Source: a virus | Lineage: Duplodnaviria > Caudoviricetes | Direction: 5' to 3' (one strand) | DNA: 64,000 nucleotides | Virus record (IMG/VR): IMGVR_UViG_3300026549_000895 | Span: 160,001 to 224,000 of that record | Shown here: piece after piece, positions 9,844 through 20,400 of the stretch | How the letters are laid out: every line of letters starts with the position of its first letter | Position numbering within the stretch: position 1 is the first letter of the stretch | Position numbers and translations under genes: made by a program | Notes under the pieces: generated by a model | Database searches by the model: none | Told to the model about the DNA's origin: nothing | What the model saw: only the letters and a program-made list of their open reading frames with translations

Positions 9844-12147
9844 TTACTTTACAATTACTCTTACAACTGGAACACCCGGAACATGTTTCGGTTTCTTAAG
9901 AGGAGTTTGCATTGTAGATGGTTCAAGAGAGTCAACATTTATTGTTGATATTCTACCATCAGCATGATACAACTTTACCACTGAAGACTTATTGACACAT
10001 GCAACATCTGCCAATACATCTCTTTCGGATAATGTCAATATCGGGAATGGCTTACTGAACTTCTTTGATGTTGATAGATACTTAGCATGGTTGAGACGAA
10101 CTCTACCAGACTGAGCAATGTATAACAAGAACTGTTTATTCGGATTGATAATGAACATTCCACAAGTCAATCCATCGTTTATGATATACTGACCTGCCGA
10201 CTCAAGAGTCTTCTGAACATTCAGAGAATCAGCGGATATTTTCTTACCGTAACCATTCTTAGTATAGACAAGTATATCCTCCCTCATTGATATGAGTTCA
10301 AGTACAGATACAATTGTTTCATCGGCATTCAAAGGAAGTAATGGACGCTTTGAATTTCTGGTAGGTAATTCTGATATGGACATACATTTGATTCTACCTT
10401 CATTGGTTAACATAGCAAAGTTATGGTCAACCTGTGAAAGAACGTGTATGCATTTACTCATTGGAACTTTGCCGATTGATGTAAGTTTAATCTGTTGATC
10501 ATGAGGAACTTTGTTGACATTGACCCATAAGAATCTACCCTTGTCATCTATGAGGCAAACTTCTTCACCAGATATAGGAATTATATCAGATGATATATTG
10601 TTTGTATCATCAGTCTCTGAGAATATGACAGAACCATCATTCAGTATCTGAACATATCCTATCTTCTTATTCTCAGCATTTCCGTTTGTATTGAGTATCT
10701 TTGAACGACGAGGATATCCATACTTCTCTTTGATTTCCTGAAGTTCATCAATGATGATTTGTTTAATCTTCTCAGGGTCCGAAATGATTGCTCTTGTGGT
10801 TTCAATCTCTTCAACAACCTCTTGAAGCTTCACTATTGTTTTATGATACTGCTTCTTTGTCAATGTATAAAGCTTGGCATCAGCAATGCAATTTGCCTGA
10901 GAAGTTGATACATGCGGTTCGAAAGCTTTGTGTAATGCATCTATGATATCTTCTCTATCATCAACATGCGATATGATGTCAATGGTAGTTTGACGATTTT
11001 CATCCGATAGCATATATTTTTTACCTTCAAGCATGTTCTTTTCGGTATTCAAATCAACAAGCTTTCTCAGATAGAAACCACGCTTTTCGAATAATCTGTT
11101 TTGAATCCATGCAAGCAATATCTGACGAGGGTCATATTTACGTGCCTTGAAATGATTATCGACAACATGCATATTTCTTGCGGATATCGGTGAACGGAAA
11201 CCACCTACTCGTTTGAATAACTTATTGAGAACATCATACAAATTACAAGGTCTACACTTGATGACATATCTAACTTTGCCTTCCATCAAATCAGAGTCAT
11301 CATCAGCTGACAATATCTCAGGAATAGGATTTGGAGAAGTCTGTATTTCACACAAACGTTTATCAATATCATCAAGGAAGTTCATGTATGGAGTGTTCTT
11401 GATTGTTATGATATAATTCATGTTATCCAATTCGAATGAAGATTGGAAGCAGAATGTTTCCTTGTCAAGCACGATGACATCACAACCAGTTGGAGAATCT
11501 GGAATGAGATTGATTTTAGCATCAGGCTTCTTCATAAGCTTTATAGTAGCATCCGCTATCTCATTCAGATTGTAAGGAAGAATATCAGAAGATATCGTCC
11601 AACCAATACCTGATGTGCCATTTAATAACACAATCGGAAATTTCGATGGTAACGAGATTGGTTCAAGTTTCGGAGGACTTGCTGACATCTTCATATTTAC
11701 TTTTCCATCGAACTCTTTGAACAATATCTCATATGCAAATTCAGACATTCGCATATCCAAATATCTCGGAGATGCAAAGTCATCACCTGATGTAGCATTA
11801 CCTGAGTTACCTGTATCAGCAGTTGATAACAACGGAACGTTATTTGTGAATGGTTGAGCCATTCTTGCAAATACTCCACCAAGACCTTGCTCACCATGAG
11901 GATGTATCTTTGAAGTTTCACCTATCATGGAATTTACTTTGAACTTATCTCTTCCATATTCCTTATAGATGAGATATAAGATTCTTCTCATGACAGGTTT
12001 AAGTCCATCCGATATCATTGGGAAAGAACGTTCGAGATTTATGTTATATCCATAAATACACATATAGTCAGAAACCAGAGGACCACATTCAGCTTCTCGA
12101 ACATTTGGATTATTAGGATAATCTTCATCCGTTATTTTATACATCAT
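9844..12147 (-). CDS. Type IIA topoisomerase subunit A (GyrA/ParC-like)
   Basis: DGLKPVMRRILY, HPHGE, catalytic ASPRY, P..LLNG..GI; C-terminal beta-pinwheel-like repeats. Confidence 0.93.
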   Translation of the reverse strand: MMYKITDEDYPNNPNVREAECGPLVSDYMCIYGYNINLERSFPMISDGLKPVMRRILYLIYKEYGRDKFKVNSMIGETSKIHPHGEQGLGGVFARMAQPFTNNVPLLSTADTGNSGNATSGDDFASPRYLDMRMSEFAYEILFKEFDGKVNMKMSASPPKLEPISLPSKFPIVLLNGTSGIGWTISSDILPYNLNEIADATIKLMKKPDAKINLIPDSPTGCDVIVLDKETFCFQSSFELDNMNYIITIKNTPYMNFLDDIDKRLCEIQTSPNPIPEILSADDDSDLMEGKVRYVIKCRPCNLYDVLNKLFKRVGGFRSPISARNMHVVDNHFKARKYDPRQILLAWIQNRLFEKRGFYLRKLVDLNTEKNMLEGKKYMLSDENRQTTIDIISHVDDREDIIDALHKAFEPHVSTSQANCIADAKLYTLTKKQYHKTIVKLQEVVEEIETTRAIISDPEKIKQIIIDELQEIKEKYGYPRRSKILNTNGNAENKKIGYVQILNDGSVIFSETDDTNNISSDIIPISGEEVCLIDDKGRFLWVNVNKVPHDQQIKLTSIGKVPMSKCIHVLSQVDHNFAMLTNEGRIKCMSISELPTRNSKRPLLPLNADETIVSVLELISMREDILVYTKNGYGKKISADSLNVQKTLESAGQYIINDGLTCGMFIINPNKQFLLYIAQSGRVRLNHAKYLSTSKKFSKPFPILTLSERDVLADVACVNKSSVVKLYHADGRISTINVDSLEPSTMQTPLKKPKHVPGVPVVRVIVK

Positions 12148-12167
12148 TATTTATCGATTCTCCTTTA

Positions 12168-14066
12168 TTATGATTTTATACCGAACATCATATCCAGATA
12201 ACGGAAGTATTCAGTAACACTTGGTAGATTAAACCAATTGTATGTAACACCTTGTATATTTCCATTCTTGTAAGAATTGAAAATTGGTGTTGCCATATCC
12301 TTTGGATGTATTCCTCCATCAGAATCCTTCCATATATAGGTTTGATTGTATGATTTATTTATACACTGATTGTTGATGAACAGCTCATTTGAAATGTCAC
12401 ATTTGTAATCAACTGTCTCAGCATCAAGATTGTCACCCATTTTTGTCGATGGGTAGTATGCTTTTGCATCTGCATCCATAACAGCATAAATGATATTGTT
12501 AATCATCTTACCATTCAGAATTTGTCCGGTTGGTAAATTGTTTTCTGTAGGAGCAACATATGCACCTTCATAATGAGTATCAACATCAGGATCAACAACC
12601 TGTTTGCATCCTTGAATGAAACCTTGGTTTTCAAAATCAAGTTCGCGACAATTTCGAACAATGACAGTTTCCTTTGTTGCTTTTGAATATGGTGATGCAA
12701 ATTCATAACATCTTGAAACTAATGTCTGACAATCATTTACTATCGACTCAATTGCCAATTGAACAACAACATCACGAACATTGTACAGAATGAATTTTAA
12801 GAAATCTGTATATGCGAATTCTCGGAAAGTACCACTCTTGGTATCTGACAATTTGTGAATATCAGCAACTTCTCCACCAATATAAGTCAATGCATATGAT
12901 GGCATTTCCTTTTCGGCTTTTCTGATTTGCGCATATAATCTCATCTGACACATATAAACCGTGAATGATGAAGTGTGGAAGAAAGAGCCATCTGTCTTCA
13001 TTGCATAGTTATCAGACTTATCTTCAACGAAGTATATCTTGTTTGTAAGAATTTCTTCCGGTATGATAATCTCTTCTGGATCGTATCCCAAAGCCATAAT
13101 TCTGTTCCAAAGGTAATTATCATCAAAAGGTGCGTTCCAAGATAGACAGAACATCGGACGATATTTATTGATATAAGCAAATATAGTTCCAATCAATTCT
13201 ATCTCTTTATCAAAGTCATAGATATGTAATCGAACTTCATAATCAGATATCCATTTCTCATTGTCCTTATCATCGAACTTTATCATTTCAATGAACTTCT
13301 GTTGGTTCTCGGTTAACCAATTAAATTCTTCTTCCTGCTTTGCCAATAACTGATGGAACTTCTCATCTATCTTATCTTTAGGACGAGGACCCAATATGAA
13401 TACAGCACATATCTTTTGAGCTGGTAATATCAATGTAACAGCATTGATAGGTTGAGGTGCTGAATGATAATCATCCAAGTTGATTGGTCTGTCAAGAGTA
13501 TCGACCTCAATATCAAGGAATGCTGATGTAACACATCCGATATTAAACTCATCACCATGTTCCTGAACCCACTTCATTCTATACTGAGATTCTGGAATGA
13601 AGTCTCCTTTGAATACCCATGGATTCTCGCACATCAAAGCATTGATTTCTTTTTTCGAATATGAAGGGTCTTGTGACATCATTTCATATATCTGAGCATA
13701 TGTGACATTTCTACATTTCTTTCGATGGTCATAATATATAGCATCTCCAGCATGTTCATATATTTTCTTTGCAACTTGTGATGGTAAACAATGAACACAA
13801 TAACACAAGTCCCTATCAATCCAAGCATGTTGATAAATATACTTTGGATCTCCATCTTCATCAACATCATTTCGATGTTCCTTCTTGATAAACCAGATAT
13901 CTATTATTGGCTTCTCATAATTCACTTCAAGTCTCTGAGTAATAGGAGACCAATAGATTACTTCAAAACATTCTTTTGGTTTTCTATGGTATTTTACGTC
14001 AAATAATTGACTACCTTCTGGATATTGAAAGTAAGGATCAAACTTTATTTCTTTCTTAATAACCAA
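12168..14066 (-). CDS. Family-B DNA polymerase, N-terminal subunit (3'-5' exonuclease plus motif A)
   Basis: ExoI LDIEVD, ExoII WNAPFDDNY, ExoIII YNVRD, then YEGAYV and motif A DAKAYYPS. Confidence 0.88.
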   Translation of the reverse strand: MVIKKEIKFDPYFQYPEGSQLFDVKYHRKPKECFEVIYWSPITQRLEVNYEKPIIDIWFIKKEHRNDVDEDGDPKYIYQHAWIDRDLCYCVHCLPSQVAKKIYEHAGDAIYYDHRKKCRNVTYAQIYEMMSQDPSYSKKEINALMCENPWVFKGDFIPESQYRMKWVQEHGDEFNIGCVTSAFLDIEVDTLDRPINLDDYHSAPQPINAVTLILPAQKICAVFILGPRPKDKIDEKFHQLLAKQEEEFNWLTENQQKFIEMIKFDDKDNEKWISDYEVRLHIYDFDKEIELIGTIFAYINKYRPMFCLSWNAPFDDNYLWNRIMALGYDPEEIIIPEEILTNKIYFVEDKSDNYAMKTDGSFFHTSSFTVYMCQMRLYAQIRKAEKEMPSYALTYIGGEVADIHKLSDTKSGTFREFAYTDFLKFILYNVRDVVVQLAIESIVNDCQTLVSRCYEFASPYSKATKETVIVRNCRELDFENQGFIQGCKQVVDPDVDTHYEGAYVAPTENNLPTGQILNGKMINNIIYAVMDADAKAYYPSTKMGDNLDAETVDYKCDISNELFINNQCINKSYNQTYIWKDSDGGIHPKDMATPIFNSYKNGNIQGVTYNWFNLPSVTEYFRYLDMMFGIKS

Positions 14067-14163
14067 TTTAAACTCATCTCCTTATCGAAAATCAACATGT
14101 ATGAATTAGTATAATTCATCCATGTACAAAATAAGAATATATATCGAAGATTTAAAATTATAT

Positions 14164-14183
14164 TGCCCCGCCGAAGCGGGGCA
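14164..14183 (-). terminator. Hairpin with a UUCG tetraloop downstream of the endolysin
   Basis: Minus strand TGCCCCGC-TTCG-GCGGGGCA. Confidence 0.75.
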
Positions 14184-14188
14184 TATGT

Positions 14189-15490
14189 TTATCGAATTAA
14201 ATACTTCCAGTCATTTCCACCGAGATAGCCAACGCCAAGTCCATACTTTCTCTGGAAAGCATATATAGCATTCATTGTCTGATTACCTGCTATACCATCT
14301 GCGGAAATGCCGAGTCTCTTCTGAACCCACTTGATGAGGTTGCCAGTATCTCCTTTCTTAACAGTATACTTCTTGCAAGCTTGGAAAGTCTTGTCTCCAG
14401 CTATACCATCACAAACAAGTCCAGCTCCTCCAACATTCAGTATCTGCTGAAGTTCCTTGATTTGAGCGTCATATTTTCCACTCCACCAAGAAGTTTGTGC
14501 GGGCGCAGGAGTTGGCTTCGGAGGTTCGTTGTTCTTTACAACTACCCAACCTTTTCCACTCTTCAGTTTTCCATATACAATATTTCCAACTGTCTTCTCT
14601 TCAACAATAGTGAAGACACCATTTGCTCCGACAGAACCAATCATCTGCCCACCCGCATCTTTGTATACAGGTTCATTGGCTTTGAAAGATTTTGTATACA
14701 GATCCTTTTGAACCGGCTGAACAGGAGTATGCACAGCAGGTGTTTCATTCTTAATAACAACCCATCCAGCACCGGACTTAAGCTGACCATATGTGATGTA
14801 TCCAATCTTCTTATCTTTTATGATTGTATACTTTGCTGACTTTGTGATTTTGGAAACTTCCTTTCCACCAGCCGTATCATATATAGGAGCATTTGCTTCT
14901 AATGATACCAGATATCCACTGACATCAGGTGTAGAAGCTGTTTGTAATTGTGCATTTACATCATTACAAATCTGCTGTGCTCTGGCTTTGATATACGGTC
15001 CTGGGCAGCCTGTAGCTGCATACATGTAATGGAATGTAAGAGAACCATTCTCATCACCTGTGAATTCCAACTTAGGGATTCCATTTCTCTTACAGATATC
15101 AACACAAAGCTTAATCAATGCTTTATAAGAAGCATCCGATATAGGCCATCCTGTTGCATCTCCATAAGCAGAGTTTGATACTTCAATCGTGATGGCTCTG
15201 TTGTCGTTCCATTGAGATGAAGAACACCAGCTTCTATCTGCTTCAGGACAGAACAATCCGATGTCTCCCTTTACATCAATAGCATAGTTAGCCGACATCT
15301 CACGTTTCGGATTCATTACAATATTCTTGAATGTATCCAGATAACCAACTCCTGCCCAATGATGTATGGTTATTTTTGTTATCTTGGTAATGGGAGCAAC
15401 TTTTACTCCATTAACAATGTCATATCTACCAATGTTTCTATTGGGAGATATAGATATCATCGATACCAAGGGTGAATTAGTAAAAGCCAT
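14189..15490 (-). CDS. Endolysin: N-acetylmuramoyl-L-alanine amidase (Amidase_2) with two SH3-like repeats and peptidoglycan-binding repeats
   Basis: ITIHH, SANY, ITIE, TFH..ATGCPG; two YGxLKSGxGWV repeats; DGIAG repeats; RBS AAAGGAG before ATG at 15490. Confidence 0.9.
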   Translation of the reverse strand: MAFTNSPLVSMISISPNRNIGRYDIVNGVKVAPITKITKITIHHWAGVGYLDTFKNIVMNPKREMSANYAIDVKGDIGLFCPEADRSWCSSSQWNDNRAITIEVSNSAYGDATGWPISDASYKALIKLCVDICKRNGIPKLEFTGDENGSLTFHYMYAATGCPGPYIKARAQQICNDVNAQLQTASTPDVSGYLVSLEANAPIYDTAGGKEVSKITKSAKYTIIKDKKIGYITYGQLKSGAGWVVIKNETPAVHTPVQPVQKDLYTKSFKANEPVYKDAGGQMIGSVGANGVFTIVEEKTVGNIVYGKLKSGKGWVVVKNNEPPKPTPAPAQTSWWSGKYDAQIKELQQILNVGGAGLVCDGIAGDKTFQACKKYTVKKGDTGNLIKWVQKRLGISADGIAGNQTMNAIYAFQRKYGLGVGYLGGNDWKYLIR

Positions 15491-15591
15491 AAACGACTCT
15501 CCTTTCATAGTATGATATACTAAATCGTTCACGCAATAATAATTCACTTGTTCCGTGTGAAAATATATTAATTTGAAAGGAATGATATTTT

Positions 15592-16680
15592 ATGACAAAC
15601 GAAATATCTATCAATTGGAACAAAAACCAACGTACGGAAAGACCGATCTTTGAAGCTTTTGATGAAGCCGCACTTGAAGATCTTCAATATGAAGCAATGG
15701 CTTTGTATGGAGAAGCTTGTTATATTGAGGATTCTATTCAGGATTATATTATGGAAGCTGCATCAGAAACAAAAGGGAATGAACCCGGCGTTCTTACAAG
15801 TGTTGGTCGATTGATCAAGAACTTAGTGGGTAGATTTATTCGTGCAATTACAAGATTCATGACTAATCATCAATGCAAAAAGGCTGTTGAATTTTTCAAT
15901 GATGCCAAAAACCGTTCTATGGTTAAAGACTATATAAAAGCTAACTGGAAACTTGAAAAAACCGATCCCGGTTACGCTTTCATGCAAGCGGTAGTTGTTA
16001 TGAAAGTATTATTGAAACATGTTAGCTCATATGAAAAGATTTTTAAAGCAAAAAATAAAGATGAACTTATAGCATCTTTGGGTGATAACCCATTTGGTGG
16101 TATCAACGACACGACATACTTCGCAGTTACAGATGTGACTCCTCAAAAGATAGGTACTTTTATTGATAAAATGTTTGGTGGAAATGGTATTTATGGTTCA
16201 GATAAAACATTAAATGACATTATTCATCAACTTGAAACTTTCAATACACGTTGGACACCTTATGATTCAAAAGATTCTCCGGTTGTAAAAATGATTACAA
16301 GCGACATAAAGGCTTTTGCTACATTCCAAAGCAGGTTACTAACGGCATATAAATTCTTTTCAACTGTTGAGAAGGATTCTGTTTTGAAAGGTCTTCATGA
16401 AAACAATAAAAAATTATCGGATATAAAAGATCAAGCTCATGAGATGAATGAAAAGGCTGACAAATCTGCGAATAAAACGGAAAAAGACATTCCGATTGAT
16501 TACAAAAAAATGATGTCAAATCATCTTGATGATACTAATAAATCGGTCAAAAATGTTCAAAAGAACATTCGTAATCAGGATGAAAAACGATATGCTGAAT
16601 TAAAACGACAGCAGGAAGAAGACAGACGAAAAGAAGAGGAAGAAGAAGCCAGACTCAGAAAAGAACTTGGAATAGATTAA
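15592..16680 (+). CDS. Putative inner-head (ejection) protein
   Basis: Acidic N-terminal propeptide with IFEA, LQYEA and YIMEAA sites followed by a basic amphipathic helix. Confidence 0.5.
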   Translation: MTNEISINWNKNQRTERPIFEAFDEAALEDLQYEAMALYGEACYIEDSIQDYIMEAASETKGNEPGVLTSVGRLIKNLVGRFIRAITRFMTNHQCKKAVEFFNDAKNRSMVKDYIKANWKLEKTDPGYAFMQAVVVMKVLLKHVSSYEKIFKAKNKDELIASLGDNPFGGINDTTYFAVTDVTPQKIGTFIDKMFGGNGIYGSDKTLNDIIHQLETFNTRWTPYDSKDSPVVKMITSDIKAFATFQSRLLTAYKFFSTVEKDSVLKGLHENNKKLSDIKDQAHEMNEKADKSANKTEKDIPIDYKKMMSNHLDDTNKSVKNVQKNIRNQDEKRYAELKRQQEEDRRKEEEEEARLRKELGID

Positions 16681-16684
16681 TTTG

Positions 16685-16709
16685 TATCCCCGGGTTTATC
16701 CCGGGGATA
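16685..16709. terminator. GC hairpin (CCCCGG family)
   Basis: TATCCCCGGG-TTTAT-CCCGGGGATA immediately after a stop codon. Confidence 0.7.
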
Positions 16710-16756
16710 ATTTCTATGCTATGACAAAACAGGACTCGATTATTTTAACTTTTCAA

Positions 16757-16768
16757 ATATATATTATT
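16757..16768 (+). promoter_or_regulatory. Candidate early phage promoter motif AT[ATG]TATAT[CTG][ACT]TT (representative copy)
   Basis: Copies at 2221-2232(-), 8287-8298(-), 14133-14144(-), 16757-16768(+), 24540-24551(+), 47069-47080(-) and 59242-59253(-), each intergenic and oriented toward a downstream gene. Confidence 0.5.
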
Positions 16769-16956
16769 AATATGATAAGAAGATAATAAATGTCTCTTAA
16801 TCAGAATCAGATTCAGCCTATATGGCAATTATAAAATATGAGAATCTTAGATGTCTGAGTAATATATGAATTATCTATCTTACACATCACAGCCCACCAG
16901 AAGCTGAGATTCTGGGTAGGATGCAAAAGCCAATGCATCTAAAGAAAGGAAAATTT

Positions 16957-17313
16957 ATGGCTACCATGAAATTCAAACTCGACAAGCTTGAGCAGCGTTT
17001 CCAGGAAAGAAACATTGCAGTAGAAGGATGTGAGCTTGAAATAGAATTTGAACTCGCTGAACTGCCGGGAATAATCAAAGAAATCCCCACTGTAATTAAT
17101 TCAATTTCAGCAGCAGCCGAAAAGAGCAACTCCCGTGAATGGGAGAAAGTATGTAATGAAATAAACGAAGCTAATGACAAGCTTCGTGAGACAGAACGCA
17201 ATTTGCGCGGAGCCGAAGCGCGTGCTGAAGCTGCAGAGCGGAAAGCTCAGAGAAAGCAGGAAGAAGTTGAAGAACTTCGCAAGAAATGCTTCGGAACTCC
17301 TGCTGAAAAGTAA
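16957..17313 (+). CDS. Coiled-coil hypothetical protein in a stand-alone transcription unit
   Basis: RBS GAAAGGA before ATG at 16957; E/K/R/A-rich heptad C-terminus. Confidence 0.6.
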   Translation: MATMKFKLDKLEQRFQERNIAVEGCELEIEFELAELPGIIKEIPTVINSISAAAEKSNSREWEKVCNEINEANDKLRETERNLRGAEARAEAAERKAQRKQEEVEELRKKCFGTPAEK

Positions 17314-17320
17314 GAAAGAT

Positions 17321-17360
17321 AAACCCCACCTTTCGGTGGGGTTTTCTTTTTTCTTTTTTA
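17321..17360 (+). terminator. Intrinsic terminator, probably bidirectional
   Basis: AAACCCCACC-TTTC-GGTGGGGTTT followed by a long T tract; lies between convergent genes. Confidence 0.85.
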
Positions 17361-17456
17361 TTCGTCTTCTCCCTTACCATTGGAGAGTTCCTGAATCATC
17401 TCAGGAGTTTCCTCAGTTTCTTCAATTGTTGTTTTTTCTTTTTCGTCCATTTTGAT

Positions 17457-20400
17457 TCACCTCGCTTGCGGATTACTCCAAGTTTTGTCTTCGGCATTCG
17501 GATCCAACACTCCAACTTTTCCATCAATGATAGCAACAGTAGGACGCTCAGATTCAGAGATATTCTTTCTGCCGTGTCGAACAAGATTCTCAAATTCATC
17601 TTTTGTGATTAAATTTCGAATAAAGTCTCCAAACGATTCAGCGAGAAGTGTCACTTTGTAATTATCTTCCTGATCGATGCTTACAACAGGCGGGTCTGCA
17701 TTAGGTCCTGCTTCTCTATAATCGAGGAACACTTCCAAATGGCCACTTACCGGAGTATTGGCAATGTTAAGATAACCTTCGGGGTATCCCCATTCGGATT
17801 GAAGATATTCAGTTCCAAATATACTCGGCTTATTCTTATCGATACCAAGTATATCGGTTATCTCGATATGATCATTTGACCATCCTGTTTTATACCCACA
17901 TGGGAATATGCATCTGTTTACCATGCCACCATTTTGTTGTTTTATCAGCTCTTTGTATGCTGCTGGTAGTTGAACTCCCAATTCATTCTCAGCGCTTGTT
18001 ATATCATCATCTGACACTGGGTTTCCGATGAATTTCTGACCATATGTGGAACTATTGTCCCAGAAATCAGATTGTATAGAAAGCTGTTCGTTATAAATCA
18101 TATCTCTTCTGTCCATCAAATCATTGAAGTTGAAAGATTCAGTAATGTTGATATTCTTTCTACCGTGTTGAATAAGATTCTCGAGATGCTTATTCAAATC
18201 AGCTGTAGCATTAGGATCAAATACAGGAGACTCACCGAGAACGACATCATCAACAGAAGTATCTTCTATTGAATCAAATCCATTGACAAGCCATTCCAAA
18301 TATCTCTTCTGTGTAGGATCAATGAACTTTCCACCATCAGCAAGAATCTGCTTTGCAGCCTTAATACCCTGAGAAGCACGCTGATAATCCGTAGGATGAA
18401 CATCCATGATGAGAGTTCCAATTTCAGAGAACAACTTCACGAGCTTGTCAAGGTTAGTAGATAACATTTCATTGTACTTGAACTTTGTTTGATGATCTTC
18501 AGATGGTATGAAATGGAATACAACAGGAAGTTTGTACATTGCAGCGAATGCGTCTGCAAACTGCTCTTCCAAATCTTTACCAGATTTGAACTGTTGTGCC
18601 ATTTTTCTGAGCATTGCAGGATAAGCTGCAATACCAGTCTTGATGAGTGCTATGAATCCGGATACTGCTGCAAAGACACCGAAGGGTCCACTGACACAAC
18701 CCATAGCAGCACCTGCTGTGAACAATGCGGTGAAACACCAGCTAACAATAGCGGAAGCAACATGACCAGGTTTTGTCTTATACTGATCTTTCAGTTGAGG
18801 AATTACTTCATTGAGTTTGTCGATAAGAACAGTAGCATTCTCATCTGCAGTCTTACCAGTAGCACCATTTCCAGAAAACGTCTGAGAATCATCAGCGGTC
18901 TTCTTAATTTGTTTCGCCTTTACAAAAGCACTCTGAATCTGTTTAGAAGAACACAAAGCGAAGAGTTGTTTCTTAAGAGCAAGCTTCTTCAGCTTATTCA
19001 TTTTTCCGCCAGTCTCTTCAAGATATGTAACATACTTATCGATGAGGATCTTCTTTACCTTCGGAGAATTTACCTGAATAGCACGAGTGATTGTAGCTGA
19101 ATATGCGCCAACCCATGCCATATTATCCCATGCCAACAGAGTTGTTATATTATGGAATATTTCGTGAAGAAGAACAGATGTCAACATCTGACCAAAGTTC
19201 TTTTCTTCCTTAGGAGAAGCGAACTGTAACAAGCCAGTGGAAATACAAATATAGATAGTAAAACCATTCAGCTTGAAACCAGACTTCTTGGATATTGTGA
19301 CTTTGTGTCTCGGATTTACCATTCTATCCACCATGGTATATCCAACCACATCATCGGTATCTTCGAGAGTAAGTCTTATCCTACAATCGAATTGTTCAGC
19401 CAAAGCATCAATACCTTCTTTGAACTTCGGGTTCTTAATTATCTTCTGATAACTCAGAGCTCCATCTTCTTTTACATCAGACTGTTCAGATCTTACTTCA
19501 TTAAAGCATTTGATTGCTTTAACAATACCTGAATTATCAAATCTCATATACTTGATATCTTCCGGCTTGATATTGGATGCTGGAGTAGCTGACTCCTGAA
19601 CATAGTCATGCTTTTCAACGTTATAACCCATCTCTGAGAATGACGCAGTGCCAATATATGGAGTTCCATACAAATCATACAGATACTCAACATATTCATT
19701 TGCCTGCTGTTCATCAGGACCAAATGCTTGAGGTTCAGGATTCTCAGGAGGTTCATTATCAGAACCGAATTCCTGAGGCTTAGGTTCTTCCTGATCATTA
19801 ATGTATACTTTGCTCGGAACTGCAGCAAATGAAGGAGTTTCTTCAGGAGCAACTTCAAACTCTTTGTTCTTCGCAATGCAATCGGTCTGATACTGATCAA
19901 GTGCATTATCAACACGAAGTCCTATGTTATCCAACAGAGTTGCCATTGCACGAATGATGTTATCTTTGTTACCCTGAACATTTGTGTTCTCGGGAGCAAT
20001 GATAAAGTCTTCATGAACTTTAATGGACTTGAGAGAATTATCTCCCATTATATGATCTTCCGGAATATGATAAATATGAGCCAATGACTCAAGAGCACAT
20101 ACAACATCAGGAGCCTTTGCTATAGCTGCTTCGATAACAGCTTTGGCTTCTTCTGTCTTATTAGGATGCTCCCAAGTACTTTCCAGATCCTTTTCGGTTT
20201 CTTTGTTCTCCATATCATCAGATTCAGTCACCGTCTTTCGATTCTGAGCCAGGGACTTTTGCCAAGATGATTGATCTTGATTATTTTGTACTATATTATC
20301 TGATTCACCAAACGACTTTGAAGGTCCTCCAACCTTTGGCGACGCATTAAACGAACTTTGATAATGTTCTTCGGGTTGTTTGTTTGGTGCGGGAGGCGGT

